Shown piece after piece: positions 28,917-39,500 of a DNA stretch of 62,379 bases. The notes below the pieces were generated by a model. It ran no database searches. It was given only the letters and a program-made list of their open reading frames with translations, and was not told the DNA's origin. This stretch comes from Candidatus Micrarchaeota archaeon (lineage in GTDB: Archaea > Micrarchaeota > Micrarchaeia > Anstonellales > Bilamarchaeaceae), in contig JAUWMC010000001.1 in NCBI GenBank assembly GCA_030613375.1, positions 1 through 62,379 on the forward strand, given 5' to 3'. Position numbers and translations under genes: made by a program. The stretch's first letter is position 1, and the number at the start of each line of letters is the position of its first letter.

Positions 28917-30092
28917 ATGCTTGACGGAATAGTTAAAGATGTGATTTCTGAAAAAGAGGCTCAGAAAAAAGAAGATATAGTTCCTGTTTTCGAAGAGAAA
29001 TCTGCAGAAAAAGCAGAGAATCCTCATGGAGAAATAGCTCTTCCAATTGAAGAAAAACCAAAAGAAGTTATCGAAGAGCCAAAAGAAATAGAAGAAAATT
29101 CCTCAGTTCGTATCAAGGTTATTGGTGTAGGGGGAGCTGGATGCAATAGCGTAAGCAGAATCACAAAGCAGGGAATCAAGAGCGCAAAAACCCTTGCAGT
29201 AAATACAGATAAACTTCACCTAAGCGTAATTGAAGCGCATGGAAAACATCTTCTGGGCAGAACGGTCACCAAGGGCCTGGGAAGCGGAGGAGATCCTTTA
29301 CTCGCAGCAAAGGCAGCAGATGCAGACAGAGGAGCCCTCCGAAAGATTATCGGGGAAAACGAAATCGTATTCGTATGTGCAGGAATGGGGGGCGGAACCG
29401 GAACCGGTGCCTCTCCACTAATCGCGCAGATCGCGAGGGAACAGGGTGCCACAGTAATTGGCATAGTTACTTACCCGTTCAAAATTGAGCGTTCAAGGCT
29501 TCATCGCGCAAGAGACGGATTAAAGGAATTAATGAAGCACGCAGACACCGTAATCGTAATCGAGAACGACCGCCTTTTATCCTATGCTCCGAATCTTCCA
29601 ATCGACAAAGCATTCGCACTTGCAGACGAAATTGCTTCAAAGGCAGTTCGCGGAATTTCTGACCTCGTAGTCCTCCCAAGCATGATGAATGTGGACTATG
29701 CAGATGTAAGGGCAATTATGAAAGATGGAGGGATCGCAATGATTTCTATTGGAAAGGGCTCAGGAACCGGAGTGGGAATGGTTGAAAGCGTAGTAAACAG
29801 CACAAGGAACAATCCTCTTTTGGAGGTTTCCTACGAAGGCGCAAAGGGTGCACTTATCCACGTTGCAGGTGCAAGCAGCCTCTCTTTGGGTGATGCAACC
29901 CAAATCTGCATGGGCATTTCCGAGGATTTCCACGATGACGCTGAAGTGAAAATGGGTGCAAGAATCGATGAGGATCTCTCAAACACAATAGAGGTAACTG
30001 CAGTAATTACAGGAGTGAAAGCCTCTCATCTTTTTGAGGACCAGAAACCACAGGAAGAGATGCAGAGCGAAATGCTCAGCTCCATCCTCTAG
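28917..30092 (+). CDS. ftsZ: Cell division protein FtsZ paralogue with acidic N-terminal extension
   Basis: GVGGAGCN, AVNTD, GMGGGTGTG, YPFKIE, MNVDYADV. Confidence 0.95.
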   Translation: MLDGIVKDVISEKEAQKKEDIVPVFEEKSAEKAENPHGEIALPIEEKPKEVIEEPKEIEENSSVRIKVIGVGGAGCNSVSRITKQGIKSAKTLAVNTDKLHLSVIEAHGKHLLGRTVTKGLGSGGDPLLAAKAADADRGALRKIIGENEIVFVCAGMGGGTGTGASPLIAQIAREQGATVIGIVTYPFKIERSRLHRARDGLKELMKHADTVIVIENDRLLSYAPNLPIDKAFALADEIASKAVRGISDLVVLPSMMNVDYADVRAIMKDGGIAMISIGKGSGTGVGMVESVVNSTRNNPLLEVSYEGAKGALIHVAGASSLSLGDATQICMGISEDFHDDAEVKMGARIDEDLSNTIEVTAVITGVKASHLFEDQKPQEEMQSEMLSSIL

Positions 30093-30156
30093 TCCTGCCC
30101 CCTTTTAAATTTTTTCAATTATTACAGTTCTAATTCTATTCAATGTGGGTGTACTA

Positions 30157-33100
30157 ATGTTTGAATTCGACCCTCTTTACCTACTGCTGTGGATCTTCCT
30201 GGGATTCTTTATCCCGGGTGCACTGTTATCACTTGCACTGCTCAAGAAAAAAGAGCTTCCGCTTTTTGATAAGACAGCAATAGGCTTTGGTCTCGGCCTG
30301 ATTATTCCTGCATTCTTTGCATTTGCACTTTTCCTCGTTGGAGTATCATTCACATATTCAATTGCAGCGCTCTCCATCGGGCTTTTTTACCTAATTGCAA
30401 TTGCATTTTTCATAAAGGAAAAAGCCTGGGAAGGATTTTCCCTCCCAACTGATTACAAAACACTTGCACCCTCAGCCGCACTCGCACTCATACTCATTCT
30501 TGCCTTCCTTGTAAGGATGGGCACATACGGTCCTATTTTCATGGAGCTTGATCCATATTATTATATCCAACACACTACGCTCATCCTCTCAGATGGAGGG
30601 GCGCCTTTGGTGGATTATTCTGCCTGGTACCCTCACGAATCCTCCCATAGGGTCGCACCTATGAAAGCGTATCTGGAAGCCGTAACGTATGGATTGTACA
30701 ATAGCAGTACTGATTTCGACAGGTATATGCTTTCTGCGATTGCAGGAATGCTCCCTCCTATTTTTGCAGCACTCGCAGTGTTTTTCCTTTACCTATTCGT
30801 TTCATCTGAATACAAGAGAACCTATGGAATTGCCGCGGCGGGTGTTGCCGCATTTATCCCAATGTTTGTAATGAAACTTATGGCAGGAGAATCCGAAATC
30901 CAGCCATATGCCTTTTTCGGCCTTGCATTCTTCTTAGGGCTCTACGCACTTGCAGTAAAAAGAAAGGACCTTATGTTTGCAACTCTTGCAGGCCTTGCAT
31001 TTTTTGCAACCTTCTTGGGTTCAAGCTCAGCAGTCGTTCTCGTAACAACTCTCCTAATATTCATCCCATTACAAGCAATCTTCCTCTTTTTCATGAAGGA
31101 AGACCTGCTTGAAAATGCAAAAGTAAACGGAATAATTCTTCTTCTTGGCCCGGTTCTTTCAACAATATTCAACAATCTTTTCCATGAGAACTTTATACTT
31201 AATGGAATTTTCTCAGGTTATACCCTCATTCTCTTAGCTGTATACGCATTCTCGCTTTTGCTCTTGCTCTTACAGGTTCTTGCAAAGGTGTCCAAACTCA
31301 AGCTACCCATAAGCAACCTTCCAGAATTTAGCATGGATGACATGAAGAAAGTTTATCCTGCAATTGCAGGAGTTGTAGTAGTAGCCTTACTATTAGTAGC
31401 ATTCACCCCAATAGGAGACCCAATTTTCTCCATGGCAAGAAGCGCACTTGGCATAACTCAGTTCAACCAATCACTGGACCGTACAATTGCAGAGCAGGGT
31501 GTAGCAGGAGCAAGCTTCCAATCCGGCCTTGGATTCATAGGAATGGATTTCACAACCCTTCCTTCATTCGATCAGCTTCTTGATTTCTCAAATAAGAATA
31601 TCATAATAGCCGTATTCGAACTGATAGTTGGAATACTCCAGCACCTGTTTGCACTGGTTGCTATTTTCCTTACTGCAATTTCCAACTTGATCCTGGGAGC
31701 AATAGTCGGAATCCTCAACACAATATTTGGCACAGACCTCCAGTATCAAGACAAAAACAACAGCATGCTCATGGTAATCTTCTTTGGGATGTTCGTAGCA
31801 ATATTCCACTCAATTTACATAAAATTCAAAACAAAAGAACAGAGGCTTGCTCTTCTTTTTGCAGCATTTATATTCCCGATTTCAATAATTGGACTATTCA
31901 AAACCAAGTATGTAATCTACCTGGGTTTTGCAATAGCCACAGGCCTAGGAGTTATATTGGGAGAGCTTTCCCAGTTCCTTGGAAACCTGATAAACAAAAT
32001 GAAGGATGAAGAGAAGAGGAAAGTTTATGCAAATTACCTAATGCTTGGACTCACTCTCATAAGTTTCTTCTTTGTTTATTTCGAATGGAACCAGGGAATC
32101 GCAGACACACTTTTCTTTAGCTCGTTCCAGCCAAGGTTCCAAGACAATCCTGAAGCGCTCCAATCCAAGATGCAAGAGCTCTGTACACTCAGTGGGTATG
32201 CTCCCGCATGCAGTGCAGCAGAGGATCCAGTAGGTTTTGCGTCCCAGGGAATAACTTCTCAATATGACCAAACCCTTTGCGTATATTCACTTTTCTCAGA
32301 CATAACCGCACCCACAAGTAAAGAGCAGACTGCAGCATCTTTGAGATGCAACATGATGACAAACTATTGGATTGAATTTACAGAATGGCAGTTTGAAGAA
32401 TCACCAGAAGATGCAAGATTTACTTCCTGGTGGGACTATGGTCACTGGACCAACTACTTTGGGCAGAGGCCAACCGTTCTAAGGAACGACCACTCGCGCC
32501 ATGACATGATTCTGGAGGTTGCTCATGGATTCATCTATGGAACCCCAGAGGAACTCAAGAAAACAATGCAGGACTATGGTTCAGAATATGTGTTCTTTGA
32601 CCGGGAAATAATCTACAATGCCGATGGGAGTTTTGGAGGCAAATTCCATGCACTCAATTATCTCTCTTGTTCAAGGAATGAAGAAACATCCGTTGCATAT
32701 TCTCCAGGACAGTCTACCTGTGAAGCAGAACATAGGTGGGAGCAGATTGCAATACCCGCAACCCAACAACCCTGCTCAATCTCACAGCTTTCAGGAAAAG
32801 TTGGGATAACTGCATACGATGCGATATCCGGAATCCCAAAATATTGCATAGGAGAAACAACTCTCCTTACAGGGGAAACAACCGCAGCTCCGTATAAACT
32901 CGATGAAAAATACGAAAATGGTGACCTCAAGCTACACAAGGGATTCCTGAGGCAGGTTGCAGTAACACAGGATGGAACAAGCGTATACGATGTGTATTAT
33001 ACAAAGGATCAGGTCTGGATGGAAAATGGAGAAGTAAAATCAGGCTGGGAAGATCGCGCAACCAAGTTTTATGATTCCACTCTATACCAAGCTTTCGTTC

Positions 33101-33177
33101 TTGAACAGCTTGATGGGTTTACTCAGGTTTACAAAACAAGCGATGGTGCGGTGAAGCTCTACAAAATATCAGGATGA
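30157..33177 (+). CDS. aglB: Oligosaccharyltransferase AglB (STT3)
   Basis: Many transmembrane helices; ELDPYYY, RTIAEQ, SWWDYGHW. Confidence 0.92.
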   Translation: MFEFDPLYLLLWIFLGFFIPGALLSLALLKKKELPLFDKTAIGFGLGLIIPAFFAFALFLVGVSFTYSIAALSIGLFYLIAIAFFIKEKAWEGFSLPTDYKTLAPSAALALILILAFLVRMGTYGPIFMELDPYYYIQHTTLILSDGGAPLVDYSAWYPHESSHRVAPMKAYLEAVTYGLYNSSTDFDRYMLSAIAGMLPPIFAALAVFFLYLFVSSEYKRTYGIAAAGVAAFIPMFVMKLMAGESEIQPYAFFGLAFFLGLYALAVKRKDLMFATLAGLAFFATFLGSSSAVVLVTTLLIFIPLQAIFLFFMKEDLLENAKVNGIILLLGPVLSTIFNNLFHENFILNGIFSGYTLILLAVYAFSLLLLLLQVLAKVSKLKLPISNLPEFSMDDMKKVYPAIAGVVVVALLLVAFTPIGDPIFSMARSALGITQFNQSLDRTIAEQGVAGASFQSGLGFIGMDFTTLPSFDQLLDFSNKNIIIAVFELIVGILQHLFALVAIFLTAISNLILGAIVGILNTIFGTDLQYQDKNNSMLMVIFFGMFVAIFHSIYIKFKTKEQRLALLFAAFIFPISIIGLFKTKYVIYLGFAIATGLGVILGELSQFLGNLINKMKDEEKRKVYANYLMLGLTLISFFFVYFEWNQGIADTLFFSSFQPRFQDNPEALQSKMQELCTLSGYAPACSAAEDPVGFASQGITSQYDQTLCVYSLFSDITAPTSKEQTAASLRCNMMTNYWIEFTEWQFEESPEDARFTSWWDYGHWTNYFGQRPTVLRNDHSRHDMILEVAHGFIYGTPEELKKTMQDYGSEYVFFDREIIYNADGSFGGKFHALNYLSCSRNEETSVAYSPGQSTCEAEHRWEQIAIPATQQPCSISQLSGKVGITAYDAISGIPKYCIGETTLLTGETTAAPYKLDEKYENGDLKLHKGFLRQVAVTQDGTSVYDVYYTKDQVWMENGEVKSGWEDRATKFYDSTLYQAFVLEQLDGFTQVYKTSDGAVKLYKISG

Positions 33178-34368
33178 GAACATATGTGGATACTGTCCTT
33201 TTACAGTATCTATCGCATCCAGTATTGTCCTTAGCTTTTCAAGCGCCAAAGTATAATCTCCCCTAGTAATCATATCATATAGTGAAAGAAGAGAGGCATC
33301 TCCCTGCCCTCCAACACTCTTCTTGAAATCAGAAACCATCTCTCTCCCTTCATTTCCAAATGAATATTTTTTTTCTCCCATTATTAGATAATTTTTTTTG
33401 CATACCTGAAGCACGAATCTGCACATGCGATCCATCCCCTCTATTTCTTTCCCAACGCTGAAAAGTTTGTTTATCTCTTTTGCCTGCATCTCCTCCAGCC
33501 CGTGGCTCTTGAAATATCCAAGGTATGATTCCATAATATATTCTCCAGGAGGGGACACAGAAGCAACTTTCTTCCTCGCATCGTACACAGTTTCCTTCAG
33601 GCCCAGCGTTATCCTATTTGACTTTTGGGAAAGATCCTGGAGCCCAAACTCAAACAAAAGGTTTGCAACCCTCGCAGCCCTTTTTTTATTCTCGAAAGTA
33701 ATCCTTGTAATTCCCCCATTTTCTACATAATCTTCGAGCTTGCCCAGCACTGCATTTCCCACATACATTCCATATATCGAAGAGAGTATGCTGGAAAGCG
33801 GCCCCCATCTAACTCCCTCTCGCATTTCTATGAGCTCTTTTGGGGTGTTTGTGCTGAAAAATGTGGGGTATTCAGCCCATGCCCCTTCAGGGGGAACTTG
33901 GAATTCTTCAGCAAACCACCGGTAATATTCTTTTTCAATATCACTCTCTTTTTGGATTACTGCAACAAGCGAATCAAACCTGAATTCCCTGTGTTCAATT
34001 CGTGCATCCCCATATTGTACAAGGTATCCGTAAAATTCCCCGAGCCTCGCATTATCCTCCGTCATCTTGCTCAGCATGATGGTCAAGTTTTCGCACCCAA
34101 TCCTTTTCGTCCCCAACCCATACATAAAGTAAATTAACGTTTTCAGGAAAAGCATTCTCTCTCGTTTTTTTGCCCTTTTGTAAGAACCCCTTAGCCATTC
34201 CTTTTCTTTTTTCCCAAAGATGGAAAAGAGATTAACCCTGTTTCGTTTGTCCCTGTACTCAATCTTTGCATCTTTACCCTTCAGCCAGGATTCGAATGAA
34301 CGTGCAAGACTCCTTGCATTCTCCCATGCAATCTCTTCCTGTGCCTTTTTGGCTTTCTTGCCATCCAT
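33169..34368 (-). CDS. Hypothetical protein (399 aa)
   Basis: Long ORF convergent with aglB; no motif recognised. Confidence 0.7.
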   Translation of the reverse strand: MDGKKAKKAQEEIAWENARSLARSFESWLKGKDAKIEYRDKRNRVNLFSIFGKKEKEWLRGSYKRAKKRERMLFLKTLIYFMYGLGTKRIGCENLTIMLSKMTEDNARLGEFYGYLVQYGDARIEHREFRFDSLVAVIQKESDIEKEYYRWFAEEFQVPPEGAWAEYPTFFSTNTPKELIEMREGVRWGPLSSILSSIYGMYVGNAVLGKLEDYVENGGITRITFENKKRAARVANLLFEFGLQDLSQKSNRITLGLKETVYDARKKVASVSPPGEYIMESYLGYFKSHGLEEMQAKEINKLFSVGKEIEGMDRMCRFVLQVCKKNYLIMGEKKYSFGNEGREMVSDFKKSVGGQGDASLLSLYDMITRGDYTLALEKLRTILDAIDTVKGQYPHMFSS

Positions 34369-34475
34369 CAGTTTTCCTACTCAGCCTTTGTTTATAAATT
34401 TTACATTTTCTTGATGGAGCGCAGATAGCTTTTTATTTATTTCCTAACTTCCCATAATCGCCTGGGTCGATAACT

Positions 34476-34562
34476 ATGGTGGCATTCGATGAAGATGATG
34501 ACTGGGAAGATGAAGATTTCGACGATGATGAATCAGAAACTAGCTCCGACGAAGACTTCTGA
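34476..34562 (+). CDS. Putative 28-aa highly acidic micro-protein
   Basis: MVAFDEDDDWEDEDFDDDESETSSDEDF*; upstream TATA-like TTTTTATT; downstream hairpin plus T tract. Confidence 0.55.
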   Translation: MVAFDEDDDWEDEDFDDDESETSSDEDF

Positions 34563-34584
34563 ATCTTCAGCATAAAATATCGAC

Positions 34585-34612
34585 TGGCGGATCTGTCCGC
34601 CATTCTCTTTTT
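34585..34612 (+). terminator. Hairpin terminator after the acidic micro-ORF
   Basis: TGGCGGA-tctg-TCCGCCA followed by TTCTCTTTTT. Confidence 0.6.
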
Positions 34613-34665
34613 CCCTCGTTCTCACCAGAAAGCTTTTAATTCTCTATTTAGTAATAAGTGGACAC

Positions 34666-34773
34666 GGGCCCGTAGCGCAGCCTGGATAGCGCGGCTGCCT
34701 TCTAAGCAGTAGGTCGTGGGTTCAAAACATATTTTGGAAAAATCCAAGAAATGTGAAAGTCCCACCGGGCCCG
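34666..34773 (+). tRNA. tRNA-Arg(TCT) with a 33-nt intron at position 59/60 (T-loop), intron 34727-34759
   Basis: Acceptor GGGCCCG/CGGGCCC; anticodon arm GCTGC-CTTCTAA-GCAGT; BHB GTGGG TTCA AA|A CAT...ATG TGAA AG|T CCCAC; removal restores TTCAAAT. Confidence 0.93.
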
Positions 34774-34803
34774 TTATTTTAACTGAAAATGGGAGGTGTG
34801 GTA

Positions 34804-35049
34804 ATGGCTTCGGTCGAAGAAATTATAGAACTTATAAATGGAGTAATCGAGGATTCATCTGTTCCAAAGAACATAAGGAAGGCAATGAGTGAGGCAAAGG
34901 AACGGCTTCGGACTGATGATGAACAGGTTGTGAAGGTAAGCGCAGCCATTTACTCCTTGGAATCTGTTGCTGAGGACGTGAACATGCCCCCTCATGCACG
35001 CATGCAGATTTGGAGCATAATGAGCGAGCTGGAATCCCTCAAGGAATAA
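34804..35049 (+). CDS. UPF0147 family protein
   Basis: EDSSVPKNIRK...EDVNMPPHARMQIWSIMSELE. Confidence 0.92.
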   Translation: MASVEEIIELINGVIEDSSVPKNIRKAMSEAKERLRTDDEQVVKVSAAIYSLESVAEDVNMPPHARMQIWSIMSELESLKE

Positions 35050-35051
35050 CC

Positions 35052-36500
35052 ATGTTCATGGAGGGCCTCAAAAAGCACGGAATACGAATCGCTCTCGATG
35101 CAGAAGAGTTCATAACTCAGCATTCCATAACTGAATCTGAAATCATATCCATAAACAAAAAGTTTATCTCCAAAGAAGATCTGGGGCCCATTCTCAAAAA
35201 GAGGGAAGAGGAAAAAGATCTCAAGCCAGAGCCCAAAAAAGCAGAGGTTTCCCTCCCCGCAGACTTCAAGCCACTTGCAAAGGAATATGGTCCAGAAATA
35301 AAAGTTCGCGAGTCTCTGGATGTAACCGGAAAATCACGCACAGAAGGGGGTGTATCTGATTTTGTAAATTATTTCCGCAACCGATATGAACGACTTTCCG
35401 CCCTTCTCCGCACCTACAGCGGCAGATATCCAGAAGCAGATTTGGAAGGAATTTCCAAGCTCGTAGGGCAGAAGGTGCGTGTAATCGTAATGGTTTCCGA
35501 AATCCGTGAAACCAAAAAAGGAAACATTCTCCTTCAGGTGGAAGACCTTACCGGCCAATTCAAAATCGTTATTTCCCAAAGAGACGAAATCGCATTTACC
35601 AAGGCCAAAAACCTTGTAAACGATGAGGTAATTCTTGTTTATGGAAAAGTTCTTCCTGCCTTTATAGTTGCGGAGGACCTTGAATGGCCAGATCTCTCAG
35701 TAACCCGTGAAAAGAAAAAGCCCGAGCGAGACCTCGCAGCAGTTTACCTTTCCGATCTCCATTTTGGAAGCAAACAATTCCTTGGTGGATACTTCAATCG
35801 TTTCACAGACTGGATGAGTGGAAGGGGCGAAAACCAGGAGCTTGCAGGAAAAGTAAAGTATGTTTTTGTTGCAGGGGACATTGTAGATGGAATCGGAATT
35901 TACCCTAATCAGGAAAAAGACCTGGATATTGTGGATGTATTCAAGCAATACGAACTCTTTACTGATTTTGTGCAAGAACTTCCGGATTACGTGGAAGTAA
36001 TCGTATGTCCAGGAAACCACGATGCAGTAAGAAGAGCAGAGCCCATGCCCGCACTTTCAAAAGAAATCCTGAATTGCGATGTCCTAAGTTTAGGAAGCCC
36101 TTCCACACTCTGCGTTGAAAACTCCGAGCATCTTCTTTACCACGGAACTTCCGCAGATGGGTGGATTGCAACCCTTTCCCACCTGAGCTATGACAAGCCC
36201 GAAAAAGTTATGGTTGAATGCCTAAAGAGGCGTCACCTCTCCCCCATGTTTGGGGGAAATGCAATCGTTCCAGAAAAGATGGACTACCTAGTAATCGAAA
36301 AAGAGCCGGATATAGTCCATTTTGGACACGTGCACAAAAATGGATATACTCGCTACCGCGATTCCCTCATAATCAATTCTGGAACCTTCCAGGACACAAC
36401 AGAATTCCAGCAAAAGCAGGGACATATTCCCACCCCTGCAAAAGTTCCAATATATGAGTTTATGCACGACAAGTTGCGCACACTTGACTTCACACGGTGA
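35052..36500 (+). CDS. polB: DNA polymerase D small subunit DP1
   Basis: OB fold; SDLHFGS, AGDIVDGIGIYPNQ, PGNHD, YHG, RRHLSP, GHVH. Confidence 0.96.
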   Translation: MFMEGLKKHGIRIALDAEEFITQHSITESEIISINKKFISKEDLGPILKKREEEKDLKPEPKKAEVSLPADFKPLAKEYGPEIKVRESLDVTGKSRTEGGVSDFVNYFRNRYERLSALLRTYSGRYPEADLEGISKLVGQKVRVIVMVSEIRETKKGNILLQVEDLTGQFKIVISQRDEIAFTKAKNLVNDEVILVYGKVLPAFIVAEDLEWPDLSVTREKKKPERDLAAVYLSDLHFGSKQFLGGYFNRFTDWMSGRGENQELAGKVKYVFVAGDIVDGIGIYPNQEKDLDIVDVFKQYELFTDFVQELPDYVEVIVCPGNHDAVRRAEPMPALSKEILNCDVLSLGSPSTLCVENSEHLLYHGTSADGWIATLSHLSYDKPEKVMVECLKRRHLSPMFGGNAIVPEKMDYLVIEKEPDIVHFGHVHKNGYTRYRDSLIINSGTFQDTTEFQQKQGHIPTPAKVPIYEFMHDKLRTLDFTR

Positions 36501-36504
36501 AAAG

Positions 36505-39500
36505 ATGGATTATTTCGAAACACTCAGGAAAGATCTGGACCGGGTTTATACCCTTGCCCAGGAGGCCCGCAGGCAGGGCCTTGACCCTGAGAATAAGGTC
36601 GAAATCCCAATCGCAAAGGATGTTGCCGCGCGCGTTGAAGGTCTTGTAGGCCCTCGTGGAATAGCTTCCATAATCCGTGATATGGAACAAGGAGGGATGT
36701 CCCGCCCGGAAATTGCATTCAACATTGCAGAAAAGCTTGCCTCAGGTGAAATACTCCAAGGAGACAAGCGCACTCTTATCGAGCAGGCAATTCGCACAAG
36801 CGTAGGAATCCTCACCGAAGGAGTCCTCGTAGCTCCAACAGAAGGAATCGCAGATGTCCAGATAAACCAAAATCCAGATGGAAGCGATTACGTTTCAGTA
36901 TTATTTGCAGGCCCAATTCGAAGTGCGGGCGGAACCGTTGCAGCACTCAGCGTTGCTCTCGCAGACCATGCCCGCAAGAAAGCAGGAATAGGGGATTTCC
37001 GCCCCACAGAGACTGAGATCGCCCGCTATGTGGAAGAAGTAAATGTTTATGAGCACAGGTGTGTGCATCTTCAGTACAAGCCTCCGGATGAGCATGTTGC
37101 GCACATAATCCGCAATTGTCCGGTATGCATAGATGGCGATCCCACAGAAGAAGTTGAGGTTTCAGTGCATAGGGACCTGGAGCGCATAAAGAGCAACCGC
37201 ATCCGCGGAGGCGTGGCCCTTGTTACCTGTGAAGGAATTGCTGCAAAGGCACCCAAAGTGCTCAAGTTCACCAAAAAATTCGGCTTAGGGTGGGACTGGC
37301 TCCAGGAAGTAATCAAGGTAAAGAAAAAAGCCGACAAGGTTGAAATCAAGCCCGACCTTTCATATCTTGAAGGCCTTGTTGCAGGCCGTCCAGTATTTTC
37401 CTACCCCATGGAAAAAGGAGGATTCCGCCTCAGATACGGCCGCAGCCGCACCAATGGAATAATGGGCAGGAATGTTCATCCTGCTACTATGTACCTCCTT
37501 GATTCTTTTGCTGCAAACGGTACCCACGTAAAAGTGGAGCGCCCGGGAAAAGGAGCAATACTAACAGCATGCGACTCAATTGAAGGCCCGGTTGTAAAGC
37601 TCAAGGATGGCTCAGTTGTAAAAGTGAAAACTAGCCAACAGGCAGAAGAACTCCATGATGATGTGGAACAAGTTCTCTTTATAGGAGACATGCTCGTCAC
37701 TTATGGGGATTTCTACAAAACTAACCATCCAATGATGCCTGCAGGTTATTGCCTGGAATGGTGGGTGCAGGAAGCCCAGGAAGCTGGTATTGAAAATCCG
37801 CCCGAAACCCCTTCCGCAAAAGAAGCCTTCGAGCTTTCCAGAAAAAACAAAGCACCACTTCACCCGGATCACACTTACCCCTGGAATGATTCAAGCAATG
37901 AAAAGCTCCTCGCCCTTTCCACATCCCTCTCAGAAGGAATAATGAAGTTAGATGGAGGGGAAATTGTGGGTCTAGAACTTCCAACATTAGATGGAAAGGA
38001 AATCCTTGAAGAGCTCTTAGTAGAGCACAAGGTTTTGGATTCCAAAATCCTTTTTGATGGGGACTCTGCATTCACCCTCCTTTCTTCCTTTGGAATGCTC
38101 TCAGGAAGGGAAATCTCCCCACCCCCCCAGCTGAATGATGAACTCACTCCTCTCGAAAACATTAATTCCCTTTCCGAAATCACAATCAGAAACAAAAACC
38201 CCACATACATAGGCGCAAGGATGGGAAGACCTGAAAAAGCCAGGGAAAGAATGATGGATGGCCGTCCCCACGTGCTCTTTCCTACTGCAACCATGAAGGA
38301 TCGCAGCATTACTAAACGCTACAAAAGCCTCAAGGCAAGGGAAAAAGAACGCTCCATAAACGCTGATATCGCCCGTTACAAATGCACAGGATGCGGCATC
38401 ACCACGTTCTATGCACGCTGTCACTCTTGTGGAGAGGTTGCAAAGCAGGAACGAATCTGCCAGAAGTGCAGCGCAGTAACTACGGAAAAAGAACACTGCG
38501 AAATGCCCACACTCTTTCACGACCGCCGTCCGGTCCCGCTTGTAGAGATGTACGAAGCTGTAAAGAGCGAGCTCGGGTTTGCCCCTCCAGAAGTACGCGG
38601 CGTAAAAGGAATGATTAGCATGAACAAGATTCCAGAACGCCTGGAAAAGGGTTTCCTCCGTGCAAAGCACGACGTATATGTATTCAGGGACGGAACTTGT
38701 AGGTTCGATGCTACGGATGCCCCAATGACCCATTTCCGCATTTCCGAAATCGGGCAAACTCCCGAAGGAATCAGAAAACTTGGGTATACTCAGGATCACA
38801 AGGGAAAGCCCATAACAACCGCAGACCAGGTAATCGCGCTTAACTGCCAGGACATCATTATCGCCTCATCAGGAATGGACTACATGGCCAGGATGACGGA
38901 CTTTATGGATGATCTTCTTGTAAACCTTTATGGAATGAAGCCATTCTACGAAGTTCAAAATCGTGAGGATCTTTTCGGCCATTTAGTTGTGGGCCTTTCC
39001 CCGCACACTTCCGGAGGTGTTCTTGGCCGCATAATCGGATACACAGATGCAAACGTATGCTATGCCCACCCCTATTTCCATACTGCAAAGCGCCGAAACT
39101 GTGACGGTGACGAAGATACAATAATACTTTTGCTTGATTGTCTCATCAACTTCTCCCGAGCCTACCTTTCCAACCGGAGAGGGGGCACAATGGATGCACC
39201 CCTTACGATTACTCCTCAGATAAACCCGAATGAAGTGGATGATGAAGTGCATTGTATGGAAGTATTGAACAAGTATCCTTTGGAATTCTACCGCGCCTGC
39301 GAGCGCAACGTATTCCCAGGAGAAATCAAACTTAAAACAGTACAAGATCTTCTTGGGAAGGATGAAGAGTATGGAGATCTAGGATTTACTCATGATACTG
39401 AAACAATAAACGATGGCCCGATGCGGACAAGTTACGTAACTTTAGGTTCAATTCCAGAAAAAATCAAAGCAGAATTCGAGCTCCACGAAAAACTTAGGCC

